Program-made: the position numbers and the translations under genes
The notes under the pieces: generated by a model
What the model was told of the DNA's origin: nothing
The model's input: the letters and a program-made list of their open reading frames with translations, nothing else
Databases searched by the model: none
NCBI GenBank assembly: GCA_001796935.1
Contig: MGNX01000108.1
Span: 1 to 43,816 of the forward strand
Length of the DNA: 43,816 nt
Direction of reading: 5' to 3'
Origin: Chloroflexi bacterium RBG_16_60_22
GTDB lineage: Bacteria > Chloroflexota > Dehalococcoidia > Dehalococcoidales > RBG-16-60-22
In this document: in pieces, positions 8,547 to 15,492 of the stretch
Position numbering within the stretch: position 1 is the first letter of the stretch
How the letters are laid out: each line of letters starts with the position of its first letter

Positions 8547-9130
8547 AGTATGGTTTACTCATAGACTTCGACCGATGTCAGGGATGTAATGCCTGTGAGG
8601 TGGCGTGTAAGCAGGAGAATGAGCTCCCCGTGGGACCGCGGCTGAAACAAGTGTTGACGATTGGACCGGAGAACGTGGGGCAAAGGCTTATCATGGAGTA
8701 CCTGCCCGTGATGTGTATGCATTGTGAGAACCCTCCCTGTGCGGCCGTATGCCCGGTAGGGGCGATAGTTAAGGATGCACACGGCATAACACTGGTCAAC
8801 GAAAAGAAATGTCACGACACCGATAAGGATTTCTGCAAGAAAGCCTGCATCGCCGCGTGTCCTTACCCGGTTCCACCGCAGTACAACCCTGAGAAAGATA
8901 TTGTTCAAATGTGTAACATGTGCATCCAGCGTGTCGGCAGGGGCGAAGAACCCAGCTGCGTCAAGCACTGCATCAACAAGGTTATAACATTTGGCCCCAT
9001 AAAAGAGCTGTCAAAGATAATACAGGAAAGGGGCAACCGTACTATTACCGTAGGAGGCATTCTCCCGAACGTGGTTTGCCGCCCCTCGGTGGTGCACATT
9101 CCGCCCAAGAGGCCTTATACCCTGGAGTAG
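8540..9130 (+). CDS. 4Fe-4S ferredoxin-type electron-transfer subunit (DmsB/PsrB-like)
   Basis: 196-aa ORF. Cys groups are CQGCNACEVAC, CMHCENPPCAAVCP, CHDTDKDFCKKACIAACP (degenerate) and CNMCIQ...CVKHC. The ATG overlaps the upstream stop by 7 nt. SD GGAGGAAG upstream. Confidence 0.85.
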   Translation: MVKYGLLIDFDRCQGCNACEVACKQENELPVGPRLKQVLTIGPENVGQRLIMEYLPVMCMHCENPPCAAVCPVGAIVKDAHGITLVNEKKCHDTDKDFCKKACIAACPYPVPPQYNPEKDIVQMCNMCIQRVGRGEEPSCVKHCINKVITFGPIKELSKIIQERGNRTITVGGILPNVVCRPSVVHIPPKRPYTLE

Positions 9131-9136
9131 ATAAAG

Positions 9137-11704
9137 CTAGCGTCGTTTTTCCAGGAGGCGTTCCGGGCGCGGCCCGGTGGCCGGGTCGTAGGGCCGGCTG
9201 AAGGCTTCCGGGTACCGCTTCGTGAGTTCATCGAGGTCGGCGCGCGCCACCTCGACGAGGTAGCCGCTGGTGGCGATGCCGGTGGCGTTCCGGGAGGTGG
9301 TCCGGCGGGGGGATATGGTGTTGACGGCGCCGCCGCGGTCCAGCTCCCCGGGGACGATGGGGTCGTAGCTGGCGCCGTGGTCGGAGGATACCACCCCCGG
9401 CATGATGCGCTCGGTAACGTAGGCCCCGCCGAGCACCGCGCCCCGCTCGTTGTAGATTTTGACCACATCCCCGTATTTAATGCCCCTCCGGGCGGCATCG
9501 GAAGGGTGTATCCAGACAGGGTGATAGAGATACCCGTCCGGTCCCCTGACCTTGCACGTCTCGATTTCCCGGAGCCAGGTCACGTCCTGGTGCTCGGAAT
9601 GCACCCCCCACCGGGGGTGGTTGGAGACCAGCAGCAGGGGGTACTTCCCGGCCCTCTTGCCCCCCAGGTTTTCCTGGTGGGAGATACCGTGGGGTATCCA
9701 CCGGGGGTAGGGTGGCCTTTCCTCGTCGTGGGGGAAGTGCTCCGCCAGCCTTTGGGAAAACAGCTCCAGCTTGCCGGAGGGCGTGTTCAGGGGGTTCTTC
9801 CCGGGGTCGGCGTAGAAAGCCCCCATGCCCGGCGGGTCTTTCTTCCAGTCGGGGTCGGTGGGGAGAATGAAGTAACCCTTTTTCTCGAACTCCTCAAAGC
9901 TGATGTAGTCGGCGCAGCCCGAGTGCTCGAACCCGAACTTCTTGTGGTCCCGGACGGTCCTGCCGCCGGTGTACTTCTCCAGCAGCCCCAGCCGCTCGGC
10001 AATCAGGCAGACGATATCGTAGTCACTCCTGGCTTCGCCCAGCGGCTCGATGCATTTCTCCTCGTTGATAATCAGGCTGAACTGGCCGTTATTGACGTCG
10101 GTGGCGATGTCCTCTTCCTCGAACTTGGTGCTGACCGGCAGGATAACGTCGGCGAAGAGGCAGTCGTTCTCCAGCCAGATGTGCTGGGACAGGATGAACT
10201 CTATCTTGGGGCTCCTCAGGGCTTTGACATAGCTGTTGCCGTCATTCCAGCAGGTTATCCAGGAAGGGGTATCCGACCATATCATATGTATCTCGGGGAA
10301 GCCTTCGACCGGGTAGGTGTATTTCTCGAACTGCTTCTCGACCGGCTCGAAGAAGAGGTAACCGCCGTACCAGCTGATGGGCGGATTGAGGATGGCGTCG
10401 TGCACCATGTCCTTGGGGATAATCTGCTGCGGCACCAGCGCCAGGAAATCGGCATCGTGGGAGGCGGGCATGGCGGTGATGATTTTCTCCGCCTTGGGCA
10501 GGGACAGCTGCTGCCGACTCCCGAAGAAGGCCCACTCCGTCATCTTGAAGATATGCGCGCCCGGTTTCCCCAGCCCCTGCATGGCCATCAGCACGATTTC
10601 CATCCGGGCCGGCTCCGTGGCGTAAGGCCCCCGGATATATGAGCCGCCGACCCCGTGCACGATGGTGGTGGGTCTGGCCGCCCATTCCCGCGCCAGCGTC
10701 TTGATGATGCGGGACGGGACGCCGCAGAGCTTCGAGGCCCAGGCCGGCGTCTTGGGGACGCCGTCTTCCCTGCCCAGGAGGTAGTCTTTAATCTTGTCGA
10801 AACCGACGGTATGGGTGGCGAGGTAGTCGCGGTCGTAAGTGTCCTCGGTGAGCCAGGTATAGGCCACGGCCAATTGCAGGGCGACATCGGTGTTGGGCAG
10901 TATCGGAATCCACTTATCGGCGTGGATGGCGGCGGTAAAGTTGAGGTCCGGGCAGATGAAGACCGCCCTGATGCCGAGCTCTTTGAACCAGTACCGCACC
11001 CGCGTCCCCACCTGTCCCGCCCAGCCGTACTGGGTGCTTTCGGCGTCGCACCCCCAGTAGAGGAGCTGCTCCGTGTGTTCGGCGATATCGGCCACGAGGT
11101 TGGTCTGCGGGGGCAGTCCCACCGGCTCGTACCCCCAGACGTGCTTGGCCCCCCAGTTCCACCCCTCCCAGCTGTCCGGGTTCCTCGCCTGCAGCGTGTA
11201 GCCGCCCAGCAGGGTGAGGAGCTTTTTCTGCTGGCCGTGGGGGAAATGCACCATCTTGGTCTCCCCGTGTCCGTCCGCCTGGGCGAAGATGGCGTAGGGC
11301 CCGTACCTGGCGATAATCCTCTTTATCTCGCCGACGATAATATCCAGGGCTTCGTCCCAGGAGATGCGGACGTAGCGGCTCCGGCCCCGGTTCTGGACAT
11401 TCCTCTCGCCGCGGGGGTCGAAGTCCACCCTCTTCAGGGGATAAAGAATGCGGTTGGGCGAGTAGATGCGTTTCTTGTAGCTCAGGGCGAGGGGGGATAT
11501 CAGCGTCTTGAGGGTCGGCTCGAAGGTCCGGCCCCGCGCCTCTATCTTCCAGGGCTTGAACTGCTCGGGCTGATACTTCCGGTCGTAGTGCAGCGGCCGG
11601 ATGCGGATGATGCGGCCGTCCTTGATATCGATTTCGGAGGTATGCCCGTCGGAGTCGATAGAGCAAAAACCGATGCCCTTATAGAGCGTCTTTTCTTCTG
11701 CCAT
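9137..11704 (-). CDS. transhydroxylase-type Mo-bisPGD large subunit, paralogue 3 (pyrogallol-phloroglucinol transhydroxylase / resorcinol hydroxylase family)
   Basis: 855-aa ORF with no N-terminal Cys cluster and no Tat motif. Family blocks: KPWKIEARG, YPLKRVDFDP, RISWDEALDII, NPDSWEGWNWGAKHVWG, DKWIPILPNTD and DRGGAVNTISP. No SD before ATG 11704, and no alternative in-frame start back to the TGA. Confidence 0.85.
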   Translation of the reverse strand: MAEEKTLYKGIGFCSIDSDGHTSEIDIKDGRIIRIRPLHYDRKYQPEQFKPWKIEARGRTFEPTLKTLISPLALSYKKRIYSPNRILYPLKRVDFDPRGERNVQNRGRSRYVRISWDEALDIIVGEIKRIIARYGPYAIFAQADGHGETKMVHFPHGQQKKLLTLLGGYTLQARNPDSWEGWNWGAKHVWGYEPVGLPPQTNLVADIAEHTEQLLYWGCDAESTQYGWAGQVGTRVRYWFKELGIRAVFICPDLNFTAAIHADKWIPILPNTDVALQLAVAYTWLTEDTYDRDYLATHTVGFDKIKDYLLGREDGVPKTPAWASKLCGVPSRIIKTLAREWAARPTTIVHGVGGSYIRGPYATEPARMEIVLMAMQGLGKPGAHIFKMTEWAFFGSRQQLSLPKAEKIITAMPASHDADFLALVPQQIIPKDMVHDAILNPPISWYGGYLFFEPVEKQFEKYTYPVEGFPEIHMIWSDTPSWITCWNDGNSYVKALRSPKIEFILSQHIWLENDCLFADVILPVSTKFEEEDIATDVNNGQFSLIINEEKCIEPLGEARSDYDIVCLIAERLGLLEKYTGGRTVRDHKKFGFEHSGCADYISFEEFEKKGYFILPTDPDWKKDPPGMGAFYADPGKNPLNTPSGKLELFSQRLAEHFPHDEERPPYPRWIPHGISHQENLGGKRAGKYPLLLVSNHPRWGVHSEHQDVTWLREIETCKVRGPDGYLYHPVWIHPSDAARRGIKYGDVVKIYNERGAVLGGAYVTERIMPGVVSSDHGASYDPIVPGELDRGGAVNTISPRRTTSRNATGIATSGYLVEVARADLDELTKRYPEAFSRPYDPATGPRPERLLEKRR

Positions 11705-11748
11705 GGCTGTTATCTTGTTGGTTAGGTTTGCGCTTGACCGATTAAACT

Positions 11749-11834
11749 GTCATTGCGAGGAGCTCGCCTGAGGCGGGCGACGAAGCAATCTAAAAACATT
11801 CATAGAGATTGCTTTGCCTTCGGCTCGCAATGAC
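11749..11834. repeat. compound palindromic intergenic element (REP-like hairpin)
   Basis: Outer arms are GTCATTGCGAG (11749-11759) and CTCGCAATGAC (11824-11834). Inner arms are AAGCAATCT (11782-11790) and AGATTGCTT (11806-11814). Small sub-hairpins sit in the internal loops. Lies between the small-subunit gene and paralogue 3. Confidence 0.6.
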
Positions 11835-11895
11835 ATTACCAACCCAAACCAAATCATATCACCCTGGTGATGAGTTGCGGGCTGACGGTAATGCC

Positions 11896-12714
11896 CTACC
11901 TTTTTACAAGTTCGATGTCTCCCAGGTTGACGTCTTTCTCCGTGCTTATCCCCTCTAACTTCTTTGCCTTGTAGCCGGGCTTCTCAATCACCAGCGAGTA
12001 CTTGCCCACCTCCAGGCTCTCGAACCAGAAGTCGCCGAAGCGGTCGGTCCTGGCCACCAGCTTCTTCGCCTTGCCCGGCTCCGTCAGGGTGACCGTTGCC
12101 CCCTCGGTGCACTCGTCCTCCCCGGGGTCCCAGACGGCCCCGGCGATAAATCTCTTTGGTATCCCGATGTAATACACCCTTGGTTTGGCTTTAAACTCGG
12201 GGTGCAGCACCTCGGACTGCTTGATGTATTCCTTCAGCTCGGCCTCCTCGCCGAACCGCAGCGCCTCCGTCGGGCAGGCGTCGACGCACCGCGGCTCTTT
12301 CCACCCCCGGTCCAGCAGGTGCGCGCAAAAAGTGCACTTCTGTGATATATTCAGGTCGCCGTTGAAGTAAATCACCCCGTAGGGACAGGCATCGACACAG
12401 TTGCGGTTGCCCACGCACTTCTCGGGGTCGATGATAACGATTCCGTCTGCCCGCTTGTATATCGCCTGCTGGCGGCAGGCCTTCATACATGGGGCATCAT
12501 CGCAGTGCTGGCAGATGTCGTGCCAGTAGGCTACCTTGACCTTGGGCAGGGTCCCCCTCACGATATCCGTCACCTTCATCCAGAACTGGCCGGTGTCCGG
12601 CTGCGGCTTGGCGATAGGAGTCCAGTCGTTGCCCACGTGCTCGTCCTTGCAGGCTATCTGGCAGTTGTAGCAGCCGTTGCATTTGGTAATGTCGATAATT
12701 AAAGCCTTACCCAT
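11896..12714 (-). CDS. transhydroxylase-type small subunit (FeS ferredoxin domain + C-terminal beta-barrel/carboxypeptidase-regulatory-like domain)
   Basis: 272-aa ORF. Cys groups are CNGCYNCQIAC, CQHCDDAPCMKAC, CVGNRNCVDACP and CTFCAHL...CVDACP. The C-terminal ~80 aa are beta-rich (ATVTLTEPGKAKKLVARTDRFGDFWFESLEVGKYSLVIEKPGYKAKK). Starts 3 nt after the paralogue-2 stop. Confidence 0.85.
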   Translation of the reverse strand: MGKALIIDITKCNGCYNCQIACKDEHVGNDWTPIAKPQPDTGQFWMKVTDIVRGTLPKVKVAYWHDICQHCDDAPCMKACRQQAIYKRADGIVIIDPEKCVGNRNCVDACPYGVIYFNGDLNISQKCTFCAHLLDRGWKEPRCVDACPTEALRFGEEAELKEYIKQSEVLHPEFKAKPRVYYIGIPKRFIAGAVWDPGEDECTEGATVTLTEPGKAKKLVARTDRFGDFWFESLEVGKYSLVIEKPGYKAKKLEGISTEKDVNLGDIELVKR

Positions 12715-12716
12715 TT

Positions 12717-15329
12717 TTACTTCTTACCTCCGTAGAGAAATGATGCTACGCCCGGACCGGCCGCATGGTGGTATGGCCGGCTGAACGCCTCGGGGTATTT
12801 CCGCCGCATCTCGTCAAGGTTGACGCGCTCCACCTCCACCAGGAAGCCGCTGGTGGCCATGCCCGTGGCATTGGCCGAGGTCACCTTGCCCGGAGTTATG
12901 GTATTGATGGCCCCGCCGCGGTCGAGCTCCCCGGCGACGATGGGGTCATACTTGGCCCCGTGGTCGATGGAGATTACCCCGGGGATAATCCTCTCGGTCA
13001 CCATGGCGCCGGCGAGGACGCCGCCCCTCTCGTTATAGATTTTTACCACGTCGCCGTCGGCGATGCCCCGGGCGGCGGCGTCTTCGGGGTTGACCCAGAC
13101 GGTATGGTAGAGGTACCCGTCCGCGCCACGTGTCTTACAGGTCCTGATTTCCCGGAACCAGGTGATATCGTCGTGGTTGGCGTGAACGCCCCACCGGGGG
13201 TGGTTGGAGCAGACCAGGATGGGATATTTCCTGGCGCGGTCGCACAGCCGGCTTTCCTGGTGGGTCTTGCCGTAGGGAATCCACCTGGGATGGGGAGGCC
13301 GCTCCTCGTCATCCGGGAAATGCTCGGCCAGTCTCTGGGAATAGATTTCCAGCTTGCCCGTAGGTGTGCTCAGCGGGTTCTTTTTAGGGTCTTGGTAGAA
13401 CGCATTCAGGCCCCGGGGGTTTTTCTTCCATTCGGGGTGAGTGGGGATAACGTAGTACTCGTTCTCCTTGAACTTCTCCCAGCTAATCAGGTCGGCCAGG
13501 CCGGAATGGTCGAAGCCGACCTTCATCCACTCTTCGGTGGACTTGCCCTGGGTGAGCTTTTCCTTGAGGCCGAACCGCTCGGCAATCATGAGGGCTATTT
13601 CCCAGTCCCCCTTGGACTCTCCCAGTGGCTCGATGCACTGGCCTTCGTAGTTGATGGTGCGGTACTGCCCGCTGAGTCCGTCAACGCTGATATCTAGCTC
13701 CTCGAACTTGGTGCGGACCGGCAGGACGACGTCGGCGAAGAGGCAGTCGTTTTCCAGCCAGATGTGCTGGGCCATCATGAACTCAATATTGGGGCTCCTC
13801 AGGGCATCGATGAATTCGTTGCCGCCGTTCCAGCAGGTTATCCAGCAGGGGGAATCCGTCCATATCATGTGGACCTTGGAGCACCCTTCCACCGGGTACC
13901 GGTACTTGACGAACTGGTTTTCCGTCATTTCCGCCAGCAGGGTGGTGCCGTACCATTCGATGGGCGGGCCGCCCTTGAGGTCGTTGAGGATGGCCTTGGC
14001 CACCATGTCCTTGGCGATAATCTGCTTGGGGTACTTGGTGACGTCAAATCCCTTGTAGCAGGCGAAGACCTGCGGCATCACCACCGGAATGGGGACCGGC
14101 ATCTCGTACGTCCGGCCGAAGAAGCCCCACTCCATCATCTTGACCTGGTTGGCCCCGGGTTTGCCCAGGGCCTGCATGGCGAGCAGGGTCACCTCGAGCC
14201 GGGCCGGCTCGGTGGCGTAGGGGCCGCGGATATAGGAGCCCCCGTTGCCGTGCACCACGGACGTCGTCCGGGAAGCCCACTCCCGGGCCAGGGCCTTGAT
14301 GATGCGCGATGGCACGCCGCAGAGCTCCGAGGCCCATTTCGGCGTCTTGGGGACGCCGTCTTCCTTGCCCAGGACGTAGTCCTTGAATTTATCAAAGCCG
14401 ACGGTGTGCGTGGCGATATAGTCTTTATCATAGGTGTCTTCGGTAAGCCAGACATAGGCGATGGCCAGCTGCATGGCGGCGTCAGTATTGGGCAGTATCG
14501 GTATCCACTTGTCGCCGTGAATGGCCGCGGAGAAATTGAGGTCCGGGCAGATAAATATTTGCTTTATCCCGAGTTCGGTAAACCAGTAAATAAAGCGGCT
14601 GGCCGATTGCCCCGCCCAGCCCCAGGGCGTGACCTCGGCATCACATCCCCAGTGCAGGAGGACATCCGTGTGCTCGGCGACGTCCAGCATGAGGTTGCCC
14701 TGCGGCGCCATGCCGACCGGCTCGCAGCCCCAGACGTGCTTGGCACCCCAGTACCACCCTTCCCAGCTATCGGGATTCCGGGCCTGCTGGGTGTAACCGC
14801 CCAGGAGGTCGAGCAGCTCGCGGTGGGCGCCGTGACCCCCGTTGACGATTTTGGTTTCGCCGTGGCCGTCCGACTGTGAAAATATGGCGTAGGGGCCGTA
14901 CTTTTTAATGATTCTCTTCATCTCGCCGACAATGATGTCGAGGGCCTCGTCCCAGGAAATCCGGACATAACCGCTCTTGCCGCGGTTCTGGATGTTCCTC
15001 TCGCCGTTGGGGTCGAAATCCACCCTCTTCAACGGGTACAGCAGACGGTTAGATGAATAGACGCGCTTTTTATATCCCAGGGCCAGGGGTGGCGGCAGTG
15101 TCTTGAGAGGCGGTTCGTAAACCTTACCACGGGCTTCCAGCTTCCATGGCTTGAACTCCTCGGCCTTGTATTTGCGGGTATAGCGGAAAGGTTTTATCCG
15201 GATAATTTTACCGTCTTTGACATCTACTTCGGTGAGGTTTCCGTCAATACCGTTACCGCAAAAGCCAAGCCCCTTGATATAGGTCCTTTCCTGTCCGTTG
15301 TCTTTGCCGGTTTTTTTCTTTTCAGCCAT
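12717..15329 (-). CDS. transhydroxylase-type Mo-bisPGD large subunit, paralogue 2
   Basis: 870-aa ORF with the same blocks as paralogue 3 (KPWKLEARG, YPLKRVDFDP, RISWDEALDII, NPDSWEGWYWGAKHVWG, DRGGAINTITP). SD GGAGGAGG lies 4 nt upstream of ATG 15329. Confidence 0.85.
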   Translation of the reverse strand: MAEKKKTGKDNGQERTYIKGLGFCGNGIDGNLTEVDVKDGKIIRIKPFRYTRKYKAEEFKPWKLEARGKVYEPPLKTLPPPLALGYKKRVYSSNRLLYPLKRVDFDPNGERNIQNRGKSGYVRISWDEALDIIVGEMKRIIKKYGPYAIFSQSDGHGETKIVNGGHGAHRELLDLLGGYTQQARNPDSWEGWYWGAKHVWGCEPVGMAPQGNLMLDVAEHTDVLLHWGCDAEVTPWGWAGQSASRFIYWFTELGIKQIFICPDLNFSAAIHGDKWIPILPNTDAAMQLAIAYVWLTEDTYDKDYIATHTVGFDKFKDYVLGKEDGVPKTPKWASELCGVPSRIIKALAREWASRTTSVVHGNGGSYIRGPYATEPARLEVTLLAMQALGKPGANQVKMMEWGFFGRTYEMPVPIPVVMPQVFACYKGFDVTKYPKQIIAKDMVAKAILNDLKGGPPIEWYGTTLLAEMTENQFVKYRYPVEGCSKVHMIWTDSPCWITCWNGGNEFIDALRSPNIEFMMAQHIWLENDCLFADVVLPVRTKFEELDISVDGLSGQYRTINYEGQCIEPLGESKGDWEIALMIAERFGLKEKLTQGKSTEEWMKVGFDHSGLADLISWEKFKENEYYVIPTHPEWKKNPRGLNAFYQDPKKNPLSTPTGKLEIYSQRLAEHFPDDEERPPHPRWIPYGKTHQESRLCDRARKYPILVCSNHPRWGVHANHDDITWFREIRTCKTRGADGYLYHTVWVNPEDAAARGIADGDVVKIYNERGGVLAGAMVTERIIPGVISIDHGAKYDPIVAGELDRGGAINTITPGKVTSANATGMATSGFLVEVERVNLDEMRRKYPEAFSRPYHHAAGPGVASFLYGGKK

Positions 15330-15447
15330 TTGCCTCCTCCGTATCTATTTCAGGATTATCGAACGTAAGCATGGCGAAAATGTGTCCGCGCCCCGGTACT
15401 CTGCTTTATCGGCCACCTCCTTAAAAAAATGCCGGAGAATCAGCCCA

Positions 15448-15476
15448 ATATTACTGAAATGACACCGGTATGTCAA
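15448..15476 (-). promoter_or_regulatory. candidate internal sigma70-type promoter for paralogue 2 / small subunit / paralogue 3
   Basis: Minus strand reads TTGACA (15476-15471), a 17-nt spacer, then TAATAT (15453-15448). Located in the 163-nt gap after paralogue 1. Confidence 0.5.
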
Positions 15477-15492
15477 TCCTTAAAATCGCCGG

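Noticed and set aside
11749-11834. The palindromic element as a MITE/IS remnant, tRNA or small ORF (VIARSSPEAGDEAI...).
   Set aside because: There is no transposase, no flanking direct repeat that I could see, no cloverleaf, and the peptide frames are stop-bounded fragments without SD or start. Kept only as a REP-like hairpin.
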